Source of the DNA: the human T2T-CHM13v2.0 reference genome, Homo sapiens
Direction: 5' to 3'
Assembly (NCBI GenBank): GCA_009914755.4
Contig: CP068257.2
Span: forward strand, 41,344,001 to 41,408,000
DNA: 64,000 nt
Shown here: positions 18,083-34,722 of the stretch, piece by piece
Position numbering within the stretch: the first letter of the stretch is position 1
Layout of the letters: each line of letters begins with the position of its first letter
Notes under the pieces: model-generated
Seen by the model: only the letters and a program-made list of their open reading frames with translations
Database searches by the model: none
What the model was told of the DNA's origin: nothing
Program-made: the position numbers and the translations under genes

Positions 18083-19399
18083 CTTGCATCTGGATCTTGC
18101 ACTAGGCTCTGCAGATTATGCTCAGTCTTGAATACTGAGCTTTTTTTGTCCCCTTGAACTTCCCTCCTTGGGCAAGTATCTCAGGGCCTCCCTCTTGCCC
18201 ACCCTGCTGCTTCCCATCTTTCTGAAAGAGGCGGCTCTGCAGCTGCACAGCACTTGGCCAAGACCTCCTGGCGGTGTGGAGCTCTGAAGACACAGGAGGG
18301 ATGTCCTCCGAGCTGTTCATGCCTAGACCTACCCCCAGGCTCCCTCTAGCAATCAGCTCCAGTCCTGGGCCTGTCTGCCTTCCGGGAGGAGTGGGGGCCC
18401 ACAGAGCTGCCCTTCCCGCGCTGTGTATGGACTCAAGGCACTGATGGCCTTCGGTGGGCCACTGCATAAATGGATGTTTCTGCAGTATTGAAGGCCAGTC
18501 AGGCAAACCGTGTGCTTTCCTACGCAGTGGGGAATGTGTCGCCCTTTCCTTACATCTTGGAGACCAAAGCCACCATCTGCACTTGTGGGTACATTGTGGC
18601 AGTGGTCGATTAGGGTGGTCTTTCAAAGCAGTTTGAAATGCAGACACTTGTGGGCGTCCCCTAAGGCAGGTGCCCTTTACCTGGAGGCCGCATTGGTCAC
18701 CTAGACCCGCAAGGCTCACCTGGGCCGGAAGGTGTGGTCAAGCGAGGCCAAGTAGCCCAGAGGCCACCCCTAAGCACCTGTGGACATCATGAGTCCTTGC
18801 TGGGGTCCTCACAGAGGGAAGACAGCGCCCAGGGTAAAGCCTCAGGTGCTAAGCACTCGCGCTGCCGCAGGGGGGGAGGCACGTGAGCATCCACTGTGCC
18901 GCCCAGGACGGGCCCACCCGGGCTCCAGAGCCTGGGGAGGAAGGCTGCGAGGCTCCCACGGGCTTACATTCAAACCGGGCACACACAGAACGGAGGCCTT
19001 CGGCTACGGGACGCCCGGCGGTGGGGTTACGGATGGTACAGCCCTCCCTCCCCGCCTGCTCGAGGCAAATGGTTTCGCCCGGCTACACACACCTCTCCTG
19101 GGCGGCAACCGAGGGCGCGGAGGGGGCAAGACGTGCGCTGAGGCCACGCCCCTACTGCATAGTCATAAGGCGGGAGGCTCTGCCTTCGGGGCGGGGCAGA
19201 CAGCTCCTCGCGCTCGGGCGCGGCCGGTTGGGGGCACGGCCTAGCTCCGGGTGCGGGCGGGGCTGGAGGCGGGGCCGGCCACCGCCCGGTTCCCGCCCTC
19301 GCTCTCCTCCCCCAGCGATCAGGCCCCGCCCCGCGCCCGCCGCCGCGCAGGGAGGGGCGGGGCCCGTCTCCGGCAGGCCCCGCCCCCTCTCTGAATATT

Positions 19400-19547
19400 G
19401 ATGCGGCGCGCGTCGGCGTCGCCCTCCTCCCATTGAGCGAGGCTGTGTCGCGTGGCCCAGCGTCGGCGTGACGGTTGGACGCGGGCGCGGCACTGCGGGT
19501 CCCGATTGCTGCAGCCGCTTGTCAGTGTGATGAAGATTGGCACCCAG
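19400..19547 (+). other. PKNOX1: PKNOX1 non-coding exon 1 (5' UTR). The 3' end is defined by donor CACCCAG|GTAAGC; the 5' end (TSS) is not determinable from sequence and is estimated within ~19150-19450.
   Basis: A consensus donor at 19547/19548 sits inside the CpG island. Joined to the exon-2 acceptor at 51369/51370 it gives a continuous 5' UTR ahead of the ATG at 51426. Confidence 0.5.
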
Positions 19548-19565
19548 GTAAGCTGTCACTCAACC

Positions 19566-19655
19566 GCTCCGCCGCCGCCGCCGCCGCTCTCGCCGCCGCC
19601 GTCCCTATCAATCACACCGGCCCGCGGCCGCCGCCCGCCGCCGCCGCTGCCGCCC
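19566..19655. repeat. CCG/GCC trinucleotide-rich tract (short interrupted (CCG)n runs) in intron 1 just 3' of exon 1
   Basis: CCGCCGCCGCCGCCGCTCTCGCCGCCGCCG ... GGCCGCCGCCCGCCGCCGCCGCTGCCGCC. Confidence 0.7.
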
Positions 19656-22337
19656 GGGTCTGGAGGGCCGGCGCTGCCCTCGAGGGCCCGCATTTGACCC
19701 GCCGCCCGGGGCAGGGGGCGGGGAGGGGGCGCGGGTGGAGGAGGGGAGCGGGCACCCGCGGGGGAGGGGGCGCCTTCAGCCCAACCGGCGCGGGGGCGCG
19801 CCCAGTTGGTTTCTTAGTGTGGGTTGAGGGACGCGGAAATTTCTGGAAGGCGCCGCCGCCGCCGCGCTGGGCCCGATCGAAGCGCGCGCTCCTAACCGTC
19901 CCTTTCGGAGTGCGGCGCGCGCCCCGGCGCGGGGCGGGGGCGGGGGCGCGCGGAGCCCGGCGCGGGCGGGGCGGCGGGCGTGAGGGTCGGGGGCGCGCGG
20001 CGGGGCGGGGCCGGGGCGGGCGGCGCGCGTGGGGCCGGTCGGGTCCGCGGCCTCGCGGAGTCCTCAGGGCCGGCGGGGCTGCTCGGAGGGTGCGGGGCGC
20101 GCGGCGGCGCAGGCGGGAAGATGGCGGCCGCGACCCCGGCCCCGGCCTCGGCCGTGGCGAGCGGGTGGGTCGGGGTCCTGGGGGCGGTGGGCATGATGGG
20201 GCTCGTGGCCCTCAGCCGGGCGCCGGCGCGGGAGCAGCCCAGGGCCGCTCGCTGACGGCAGTGTTTGGGGCCGGGTGCTGGGGAAGCGGTTCCGGCGTCC
20301 CGGGAATTGGTGGGAAGAGCCGCTTCTGTCACACGGGTCGTGGTAATGGATGACAGGAAGTGCCGGGCAGGGTCTGGGCGCCCTGTGGGTTTGCACCTTC
20401 CTTGTGAGGGAAATCGTGTCACTTAACGAAAAATGAAGAAACGCGGAGTCTGCTTTATGTCATCCTCGTGGCTCTCGAAATGCCTTATTTGGACAGTGGC
20501 TCTGCGACCGGACCAGTTAGGGCCTCCGTTCCGATGGCGGATTCCTGACGGGAGGCCCGAGGGTCCGGGAATGGTGGCGTCCTGAGGTCGGGCCCAGGGC
20601 AGGCCAGGCTGAGCGCCACGGCGGGGCCGCAGCCCTGGGGGGTGTTCCACCTGTGTGTGGGGTTCTCTTCCAACTCTACGAGAGTTTGCTTTTTAAAACA
20701 GTAGATGATTTTTCCTTAGGAAGTGGTTCCTCTTCAGGATGAAAGAAACCCCCAGCTTTAGTTAGGTCTACTTTCATGATTTTTCCTGGCATACTGAAAA
20801 ATAGGCTTTCTCTAAACATAAGGAAGAATCGAGGTGAAATGTGAACCTCTGCCAGTATAGTTATTGGTGATGCTCTTGCATTTAGTCATAATTTGGAAGA
20901 TGGCAGGCTGACCCAAATGAGCATTTCATCACTCTGCTTAATTTACTTAGAGTGATTTGTGAATCCTGTCCTTGTACACAGGCGTACCTCAGATAATTCG
21001 AGTTCTAATCCAGACCACCGCAGTAAAATAAGTATTGCAGTAAAGCAAGTGACACAACAGTTTTAGGTTTTTCAGTGCATATGAAAGTTGTAATTACAGT
21101 ATACTACTTAAAGTGTGCAATAGCAAGCATTATATCTATAAAAATGTGCTTACGTTAATTAAAAAATATTTTAGTGCTAAAAATACTAATGATCATCTGA
21201 GCCTTTAGTGAGTCCTGCTTGTTTTATACTTTGACAATCTTGCCTCAGTGTGGATGGCTGCTGACTGATCAGGGTGGTGGTGGCTGTGTCAGTTACTTAA
21301 AATAAGACAACAGTGAAATTTACTGCATTGATGGACTCCTCCTTTCATGAAAGACTTCTTTGTAGCATGTGATGCTGTTTTGATAGCATTTTAACCACAG
21401 TGAAAATTCTTTCAAAGTTGGAGGCTATTCTCAAACTCTGCCACTGCTATCCACTAAGTTGATGTGATATTCCAAATGTTTTGTTGTCATTTCCACAATG
21501 TGCACAGCGTCTTCACTAGGAATAAATTCCATTTCAAGAAACCACTTTCTTTGCTCATCCGTAAGAAGCAACTGTTCATTATTTCCACCACATCTGCAGT
21601 TCCTTCCTCCACTGAAGTCTTGAACTCCTCCAAGTCATCATAAGGGTTAGAATCAACTTCTTCCAAACTCCTGTTAGTGTTATTTGACTTCCTTCCATGA
21701 ATCATGAATGGCATCTAGAATGGCAGATTTTTTCCAGAAGGTTTTCAGTTTACTTTGCCCAGATTCATGCGAGGAATCACTACCACAGCTATAGCCTTAC
21801 AAAATGTATTTCTTAAATAATTAAGACTTGAAAGTCAAGATTACTCCTTGGATCCATAGCTGCAGAATGGATGTGGTGTTAGCAGACATGAAGACAGCAT
21901 TCATCTCCTTGTGTACATCTCCATCAGAGCCCTTGGGTGACTAGGTACATTGTCAGTGAACGGTAATATTTTGAAAGAAATCTTTTTCTGAGCAGTGGAT
22001 CTCAACAGTGGGTTTAAAATATTCAGTAATGTGTTATTCCATTTCCAGAGCACAGGCAAGAGTAGACGTAACATAATTCTTCAGAACCCTAGGATTTTCA
22101 GAATGGTCAAAGACCATTGGCTTCAGCTTAAAGTCACCAGTGACATTTGCCCCTAACAAGAGAGCCAGCTTGCCCTTTGAAACTAAGCACTGAGTTCTCT
22201 CTAGGTATGAAAGTCCTAGATGTCATCTCCTTCCAAAGGAAGTCTTTTGTCTATATTGAAAATCTGCTTTTTCGTCTCGCTGCCTTCATCAATGATCTTA
22301 GCTAGACCTGGATAACCTGGTGTTGCTTTTCTGTTAG

Positions 22338-22731
<394 letters not shown>

Positions 22732-22843
22732 CAACTTTTCTTCTGCATCTTCCTCACCTCTCTCAGCCTTCATAGAATTGAAGAAAACTTGGGCCTGGTT
22801 CTCGATTAGGCTTCAGTTTAAGGGAATGTTGTGGCTGGTTTGA

Positions 22844-23227
<384 letters not shown>

Positions 23228-23357
23228 TAATTGCCTTTAAGTTTTCCTTTGTTCTGAGAGGTGATTTAAAATTTCAAAAATTTGTGTATATATTTTTTTA
23301 ATTTCAAAAATTGGAAAGAAACTTCTACTTTGCATTTACAACTTGGCTAACTTGTTT

Positions 23358-23787
<430 letters not shown>

Positions 23788-23802
23788 TTGGCTATGTTTT
23801 TG

Positions 23803-24113
23803 AGAGACAGGGTCTCATTCTGTTGCTCAGGTTGGGATGCAGTGGTGAGATCATAGCTCACTGCACTCTTGACCTCTTGGGCTAAAGTGGTTCTCCCACC
23901 TCAGCCCCCTGAGTAACTGGGACTACAGGGATGTGCCAGCATGCCCAGCTAATTTTGAAAAAGTTTTGTAGAAGTGAGGTCTCATTATGTTGCCTCGGCT
24001 GTCTCTTAAGTTCCTTTCCAGAATGGTGAATCCTTTCAAGCCGCCTTCCTGCCTCGTCCTTCCGAAGTGTTGGGATTACCCATATGAATCACTGTTCCTG
24101 ACCTGAACATCAA
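23803..24113 (-). mobile_element. Alu (old, AluJ-like, diverged)
   Basis: TTTTTGAGAGACAGGGTCTCATTCTGTTGCTCAGGTTGGGATGCAGTGGTGAGATCATAGCTCACTGCA... Confidence 0.7.
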
Positions 24114-24348
24114 AGATCACTGATCACAGAACCCCGTAACAGACATAATAATGACAAAGTTTGAAATAGTGAAGAATTACCAAAATGTAACACAGACACA
24201 AAGTGAGCTCCTGTTTTTGGAAAATTGGCACCAATAGGCTTGCTTTCTTCATACAGGGTTGCCACAGATCTTCAACTTGTGAAAAACATAGTACCTGCTG
24301 AGTGCAATAAAGCAAAACACAATAAAAGGTAAAATGAGGTGCTTATAG

Positions 24349-24737
<389 letters not shown>

Positions 24738-24977
24738 TTACCCCATCAGTGAAGGATGCTTTTCACTTCAGACATTTAAAAGTGTGCCTTAGAATTGATG
24801 AAACATGGTCAGTGAAGTATGACTTGTTTCAAAGATTAACCTTCTGCGCTTATGATCTAAGTGTCAGCAGGTTCTGTGGTAATGATACTGAGTACAATGC
24901 ATTTTGTTGGGATTCCTGTACTCTATATGTAGTTAACGTTTCTCTGGCAGTAACTTTAGAAAAGTACTACTTGTGAG

Positions 24978-25268
24978 GCCAGGTGCGGTGGCTCACACCT
25001 GTAATCCTAGCGCTTTGGGAGGCCGAGGTGGGTGGATTGCCTGAGGTCAGGAGTTTGAGACCAGCCTGGCCAAGATGGGGCAACCCCTGTCTCTACTAAA
25101 AATGCAAAATTAGCTGGGTGTGGTGGCAGGAGCCTGTATCCCCAGCTACTCGGGAGGCTGAGGCAGGAGAATCACTTGAACCAGGAGGTGGAGGTTGCAG
25201 TGAGCTGAGATCGCTCCAGTGCACTTCAGGCTGGGCGACAGAGCAAGACTCCATGTCCGAAAAAAGAG
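24978..25268 (+). mobile_element. Alu; TSD ~AAA(G)TACTACTTGT
   Basis: GGCCAGGTGCGGTGGCTCACACCTGTAATCCTAGCGCTTTGGGAGGCCGAGG ... poly-A. Confidence 0.85.
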
Positions 25269-26454
25269 AAAAAAAAAATACTACTTGTAAATAGCAGAAA
25301 TAGAAAGGTGCTACTTATGAGAAGTAACATCCTATTTGCGGCTTACACTTTTGTTGCAAATTGTTAAAAGTGTCTGAAACTGTTTAGAAGGACAGCCTGA
25401 AACTGCTAAAGTGATGCAAAGTATAGACTCTGGTGGGGGAGGGGGCGTCTTAAATTTTCACGTTTGCTTGGCCTCTGGGGGCCTCTTAACAGCACTTTAA
25501 AGGAAATAAATAGATGAAGAAGAGAACAAATTATTTTGAAATACAGTTATTAAAATACTGTATTGAACCAAATTGGTGATAGTCCCATTTATTAGCTTAG
25601 TAACCGGATTGAGCTGTGGCTCTGGTAATTCATTTGGGAGTAGTGACGAGATTTTTTGTGACACTCTAATGCTTTGGAAAATACCTGTTGCTGTTCCTGC
25701 TAAAACTCCAGGGCTTATTGTCTGCCTTTGTAATTGAAGGAGTGCTACATTTCAGCTAGAAGTTTTTGCCTTTTATCATTCATGTTCACAAATACCAAGT
25801 TGATTTACTCTCAGCCTATCCATTTGTAGGAATATATGGTGTCCTTTCTTTACTTCCTCAAATGATTATATTGATGACAAAAGAGACAAGGAAATAAAAA
25901 TGGCACAGATAGGGGAACCCAAAGCCTAACAGTGTGTGTCCTTGGAGGTGAGGGTGAAGGAAGTGGCTGCAGGCCCTGGGAAGTACCATCTTGCATCCGT
26001 GTGCAGCACTGAGTGGATACCTCATGGTTCTGTCTTGTGTACACTGTTCAGGAGGACATGTAGAGTGGACATATCACATAGAAGAAGGTCAGTTTGGAAA
26101 CTGTTAGGAGAAGCACTCAAGGGCTGAGAGGCATGGTCCTTGGTGGAAAGAGCCAGCAGGCCTGGTGCTGGCGGTGCCCTGCTCGTGACAGTGTGCAAAG
26201 TCTGGAGCCTGGCCTGTTCCCGCCCTTGGCAGATGGTAGCTCCTTGTTTTGGATTATTAGCCCCTGCCGGTTGAGTTACTGTTTCTGGAAGATTCACATA
26301 GAAGGCAGTGTGGTAATTCAGTCAACGTGTTGTCTGGCATGTGGTGTAAAACTCCTGTTTAAAGCTCTGATTCTGAGGCCATGCCTCAGGGACTTGAGAA
26401 GGGGACAGAGCAGCTTATTTTATTTTATTATTTATTTTATTTAATTTTAATTTT

Positions 26455-26615
26455 ATTTTATTTTGAGATAGGTTCTCACTTTTTCACCCAGGCTGGAGTG
26501 CAGTGGCACGATCTCGGCCCACTGCAGCCGGGAGCTTCTGGGCTCAAGTAATCTTCCCGCCACAGCCCCCAAAGTAGCTGGGATTACAGGCACGTGTCAT
26601 CACACCCAGCTAATT
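26455..26615 (-). mobile_element. Alu left-arm fragment preceded by (TTTTA)n-like repeat 26405-26455
   Basis: GAGATAGGTTCTCACTTTTTCACCCAGGCTGGAGTGCAGTGGCACGATCTCGGCCCACTGCAGCC...GGGATTACAGGCACGTGTCATCACACCCAGCTAATT. Confidence 0.7.
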
Positions 26616-27335
26616 GTACTGTTTGCCGTCTGCGATTGACGCTGGAATGATTGGCTGTTTTAGTCGGGTTCTCAGGGTGGCAGGGAGCAGGCTGACTTCA
26701 AGTTGGGTGGGTGGTGAGATAGGTGGTTCAGGATCATGCAGGGATAAAGAAAACAGGAGTCTATGGGATTCTTGGGACCACTGTATTGTTGCTGGGCCTC
26801 TGGGCAGATGGAACCATGGTTTGTGCTCTGGCAGGATCCAGTTCTGCACCAGGGCTCTTGGCCTTCCGCTTCAATTAGGTGGTTGCCCTCCACTGTCTGT
26901 TCCATCTGTACGCTCCCCTCACAGTGGGGGCTCACCCAGCCTTACCTGCCCTGTACTCTCCCTTTTCCAGCACCCACCTCAGAGAGAGTGCCTGTGCTCT
27001 TTCCCCTCACACCACCTACCAGGCGCTGACCTTCGGGCTGGGGGCTGGCCTTGGGTGTTGCAGGGCTACCTGGCCCAGGGAGTGGTGCTTGGGGAGGAAT
27101 GAGCTTCTGACACCTGCACAAGGAAGGCCCCCTTTGAGCAGGGCCTGCCAGTGGGGTTGGGTCACTCAAAGGGGCTGTGGATTGGTAGGTACTATGATCA
27201 CAGTTTCCAGAACATAATGCCTGAGTGAGCGCATGTGTTTTGTTACATGTTCTCTCAGACATTTTATGAAGGTTTGTACATTTTTTTGCATTAAAAATGT
27301 TAGGAATTTAACTTGACAAGAAAAAGGAGCATAAG

Positions 27336-27648
<313 letters not shown>

Positions 27649-27695
27649 TTAAATTGCTAAACTTTACGTTCTTCTAAATTTAGTTACGTATTTGA

Positions 27696-28001
<306 letters not shown>

Positions 28002-28950
28002 TTTTCCAATTTTTTGTTATGGTAAAATACACGTAACAAAATTTACCATCTTAACCATTTTCAGTGTGCAGTTCAGTGGTGGTAAGTTCATTCATACTTT
28101 TGTACAGCCATCACCACCATCTGTCTCCAGAACCCTTCATCTTGTAAAACTGAAACTCTATACCCATTAAACACTGCCTCCCCATCTCCCCTCCCTGAGC
28201 CCCTGGCAACCACCATTCTACTTCCTGTCTCTGAATTTCGCTACTATAGGGACTTCATACCAGTGGAATTAGGTAGTATTTGTCTTTTTGTGACCAGCTT
28301 AGCTCATTTACCATAATGTCCTTAAGGTTCATCTATGTTGTAGTGTGTGTCAGAATTTCCTTCCTTTTTAAGGCTGAATACTCCATTGTGTGGATATACT
28401 GAATTTTGTTTATCCATCCCTCAACAGACACTTGAGTTCCTTCTACCTTTTGACTATTTTGAATAATAAAACTGTGAACCTGAGTGTGTAAATACTTCTC
28501 CGAGATCCTACTTTCAATTTTTTTGGATATAGATCTAGAAGTGGGATTGCTGGATCATACTGGAATTCTGTTTTTAATTTTTTAGGGAACCTCCATCCGA
28601 TTTTTCGCAGCAACTGTACTGTTTTATATTCCTTTTAATTTAATTTATTTTTTATTTTTCCAAGGACTCAATAAGGAGAGAGTATCAGTTTACATTCCTA
28701 CCAACAGTACAGAGGTTCCAGTTTCTCCGTATCTTACCCAACACTTATTTTCTTATGTGTTGTTGCTTTTTTTAATAGCAGCCATCCTAATGGATTTGAG
28801 GTGGCATCTTACTGTCGTTTCGATTTGTATTTCCCTAATAATTAGTGATGTGGAGCATCTTTTCACATGTTCATCGGCCATTTACATGTCTTTGGAGAAA
28901 TATCTCTTCAAGTCCTTTGCCCCTTTTTGAATTGGGTTTCTTACATGCAT
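28002..28950 (-). mobile_element. L1 (LINE-1) 3' end, antisense, old L1M/L1P-type; may extend to ~29265 after a (GT)n and Alu-fragment interruption
   Basis: Poly-T then TTGTTATGGTAAAATACACGTAACAAAATTTACCATCTTAACCATTTTCAGTGTGCAGTTCAGTGGTGGTAAGTTCATTCATACTTTTGTACAGCCATCACCACCATCTGTCTCCAGAACCCTTCATCTTGTAAAACTGAAACTCTATACCCATTAAACA...GGCTGAATACTCCATTGTGTGGATATACTGAATTTTGTTTATCCATCCCTCAACAGACACTTGAGTTCCTTCTACCTTTTGACTATTTTGAATAATAAAACTGTGAACCTGAGTGTGTAAATACTTCTCCGAGATCC. This is the canonical L1 3'-terminal antisense sequence. Confidence 0.75.
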
Positions 28951-28952
28951 AC

Positions 28953-28990
28953 GTGTGTGCGTGTGTGTGCGTGTGTGTGTGTGTGTGTGT
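28953..28990. repeat. (GT)n microsatellite
   Basis: ACGTGTGTGCGTGTGTGTGCGTGTGTGTGTGTGTGTGTGT. Confidence 0.85.
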
Positions 28991-29095
28991 TTTAAAGAGA
29001 CAGGGTCTCATGATGTTGTCCAGGCTGGTCTCCAACTCCTGGGCTCAAGTAATCCAGTAATACTCCTGCCTCAGCCTCCCAAGGAGCTGGGACTT
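28991..29095 (-). mobile_element. Alu right-arm fragment
   Basis: AAAGAGACAGGGTCTCATGATGTTGTCCAGGCTGGTCTCCAACTCCTGGGCTCAAGTAATCC. Confidence 0.6.
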
Positions 29096-29257
29096 AAAGA
29101 CATGGGCCCCTGTGCCTGGCTATGTTCATACGTTTTTACATATTTTTTAAGCTATATTGTGTTATGCTTTTAGTTGGCATTTTAGTGATTTTTAAAACAT
29201 TTATATAATCCACACATTTCTCGTTTTAAAAATTTAAGGTCTCATACACTTTTGTGA

Positions 29258-29629
<372 letters not shown>

Positions 29630-29792
29630 TAGGTTTTGATACTTTCTGTGTTTTGCCATCCGAAAGCTGGAGTCCCTCTGACCCACCAAGCTTAGTGCTG
29701 ACAGGGAGAGTAGAGAGGGGTGGCTGCTGTGCAGGGAGGGAGTGCAGGTGCCAGTTCCACAGTGCTGTGTGCCCAGTGTAGGCAGTGCCTGA

Positions 29793-30516
<724 letters not shown>

Positions 30517-30598
30517 GGGTCTTAAAACTTTGATGCGAATTTAAATTTACCAGCTGTAACAGACCATCCAGCTCAGAGTCTGTTAAAACAAATTGCAG

Positions 30599-31027
<429 letters not shown>

Positions 31028-31105
31028 TTACGATCTATGATTTTATTTGAATATTACACTTCAAATGATACCTCGCCAAACCTTGTTTGAAAAATAAAGT
31101 GATGG

Positions 31106-31436
<331 letters not shown>

Positions 31437-31982
31437 TTATTGACTGAACATCTCTTTGGAATAGGAGCTGTGGAAGCCAGGGTGGAAGAGAGATGGACAA
31501 CTGGCTTGTGGTTTCTGAACCACAGGTGCCTAAAACTTCTCACACACAAAATGAAAGCTCACTTAACTGTCATGATGTATAGTTAGTGTCCTAAAAGGTG
31601 TCCTGGAGAAGGTATTTTGGGAGGACTGGTAACAAAACACAACACCTAGAGATGCAGTCTCTGGATCTGACTGTTGTGTTGTCTTCAGTCGTTTTCTGGC
31701 TTTATAAATGCCTCAGTGTTACTGTTTGCTAGAACTGGAATTACCCTAGAATTTCCAGTGGAATTGTGGCTGCTCATTAGTCAACACTGCTCTGGGTAGC
31801 AGCTAGGAGGTGGCACTCTGGGAGTTGGTCCTCTGCTAGGCGCGGCACCTGGTGAGGGGGATGGGGCTGTGTGGACTCCTCCAGCAAGGCAGCGTCTAGT
31901 ATATTACATTACATTACACAGGATAGTGTCACTAAACTGAGTCAGAGAGCACATTTTAGGTGGATTTAAAGAAGTATACTCA

Positions 31983-32400
<418 letters not shown>

Positions 32401-32526
32401 TTAAAAAGTATCACTTGTCTTTGAACAGCTATAATTTTGGTCAGGGATTGGCAAACCACAGGCCTATGGGCCAGATCCCACTGACCTTTTTTTTGTATGG
32501 CCCTAGGGCTGAGAATGGTTTCTACT

Positions 32527-32823
<297 letters not shown>

Positions 32824-32890
32824 TCTACATTTTTAAAGACCTGTAAAGAAAGCATACGTAATACAGACAGTATGTGACCCACAAACCTGA

Positions 32891-33254
<364 letters not shown>

Positions 33255-33731
33255 GCCCTCAGTTCTTACTTGGACCAAATCAAAGTTGGTCTGGATCTAA
33301 ATGGAATCAAATAGCAGAACTGTTGGGAGATATGAAAAACACATGGGGATTTGGTGAGCTACTCTCCTTCAGCTGACTCATGCCTTGCTGTGATTGGTAT
33401 ACAGTATTGTCTATGTAAAAGTTGAGCCTAAAGAAATAGCTCTTAAATCACCATTAGAATTGTAAAGGAATATATGTGAGTAGTTCTAACAGCTGAAGTC
33501 TAGAACTCTGCTTCAGTGACTAGTTCCCATTGAGCGCTGGGACACGCTTTGCTGAGAGTCACTGTGGAGGGTCAGATTCTTTCCGGTGGCTCCCATGCTT
33601 CACCGAGAGCAGTTGTGCTGATCCCCCAGGCCACTGGGACAGCAGGGCAGGCTCCTTGGTCAGGGCTGGCCCAGGAACGGAGTGGGTTGATGAGAGGGAG
33701 CCTGGTCCCTGGGATACTGGTTAGGGTCTAC

Positions 33732-33950
33732 AGGCTGGGGACCCTGCGGGCTGGATGAGGACCCCCTCACTGGTCTTTGGCTTCTCAGGCTGGGGACCCT
33801 GCGGGCTGGATGAGGACCCCTCACTGGTCTTTGGCTTCTCAGGCTGGGGACCCTGCGGGCTGGATGAGGACCCCCTCACTGGTCTTTGACTTCTCAGGCT
33901 GGGGACCCTGCGGGCTGGATGAGGACCCCCTCACTGGTCTTTGGCTTCTC
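33732..33950. repeat. minisatellite/VNTR: four tandem copies of a 54-55-bp unit (AGGCTGGGGACCCTGCGGGCTGGATGAGGACCCCCTCACTGGTCTTTGGCTTCTC)
   Basis: Unit starts fall at 33732, 33787, 33841 and 33896. Copies differ by a 1-bp indel and one G/A substitution. Confidence 0.9.
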
Positions 33951-34065
33951 AGGACTTCTTTCTTTGTAGAATCTCCCTCATCCCTTCCTTTTTCTGTTTG
34001 ATGTCTCTTTCCTCATTTCTTCTGTAAAATAAACGTAAAAAGGGACTGAATAATTTCCAACTTTT

Positions 34066-34183
34066 TTTTTTTTGATAAAGGGTCTCACTATGTTGCTGGT
34101 TTTGAACTCCTGGACTCAAGCAATATTCCCGCCTCGGGCTTCCAAAGTGCTGGGCTTACAGATGTAAGCCACTGGGCCCGGCC
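34066..34183 (-). mobile_element. Alu right-arm fragment
   Basis: GATAAAGGGTCTCACTATGTTGCTGGTTTTGAACTCCTGGACTCAAGCAATATTCCCGCCTCGGGCTTCCAAAGTGCTGGGCTTACAGATGTAAGCCACTGGGCCCGGCC. Confidence 0.7.
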
Positions 34184-34330
34184 TATCCCCAACCTGTTTT
34201 TTTCAGTTTTTTTCCATTTTTTTCAGCTTTTGTGATAGTTTTCTCATGGATCTTTTGACTGGTCAGGATAACATTGCTTAGAGATGTATTTTACTTGATT
34301 ACTTAAATGTATGTTTCTGTTTCAATTTTT

Positions 34331-34623
34331 TATTTTTTTTGAGTCAGTCTCACTCTGTCACCCTGGCTGGAGTGCAGTGATGTGATCTCGATTTCACTGC
34401 GACCTCCACCTCCAGGGTTCAAGTGATTCTCTCAAGTCTCAGCCTCCCGAGTAGCTGGGATTACAGGCGCCTGCTACCACGCCTGGCTAATTTTTGCATT
34501 TTTAGTAGAGATGGGGTTTCACCACGTTGGCCAGGCTGGTCTTGAACTCCTGACCTCAAGTAATCTGCCTGCCTCAGCCTCCCAAAATGCTAGGATTACA
34601 GTCGTGAGCCACCGCCCCCAGCC
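34331..34623 (-). mobile_element. Alu
   Basis: GAGTCAGTCTCACTCTGTCACCCTGGCTGGAGTGCAGTGATGTGATCTCGATTTCACTGCGACC... Confidence 0.8.
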
Positions 34624-34722
34624 AAAAAGCAGATTTAAAATGTTAGACAAGCTGAACTCAAGGCGGAAGCATTAGATAGAGGGATATTAACATATCATTT
34701 ACAGGCATAGTTAATAATCATG

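Larger units (their letters stand above)
18830..20650. promoter_or_regulatory. PKNOX1: CpG island / TATA-less GC-box promoter of PKNOX1
   Basis: The region has sustained very high G+C and CpG density. Multiple Sp1-type GC boxes are present (GGGGCGGGGC at ~19188, 19255, 19268, 19345, 19375). The first-exon splice donor lies inside it at 19548. Confidence 0.8.

Noticed and set aside
18102-18719. 205-aa minus-strand ORF just upstream of the CpG island
   Set aside because: It has no recognisable motif and sits in GC-rich sequence flanking the island. There is no Kozak or splice context to support it. I treat it as noise unless transcript evidence says otherwise.
19475-20353. 292-aa + strand ORF (and overlapping − strand ORFs 19152-19559, 19892-20422) rich in Ala/Gly/Arg/Pro across the CpG island
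   Set aside because: This is a pure compositional effect of about 80% GC sequence, in which stop codons are rare. It is low-complexity, has no domain I recognise, and overlaps the promoter and first exon of PKNOX1.
23803-24113. Possible Tigger-derived segment inside an Alu (TTCCTTTCCAGAATGGTGAATCCTTTCAAG)
   Set aside because: This is more simply explained as a diverged old Alu adjoining displaced Tigger1 sequence. I cannot resolve it without alignment tools.
26614-27262. cluster of overlapping 88-162-aa ORFs on both strands (26614-27102 +, 26672-26935 −, 26942-27262 −)
   Set aside because: Overlapping ORFs in all frames are characteristic of moderately GC-rich non-coding DNA. There is no homology and no codon-usage asymmetry visible by eye.
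33777-34001. 74-aa ORF with internal peptide repeat (SQAGDPAGWMRTP)
   Set aside because: Artefact of translating the 55-bp VNTR.
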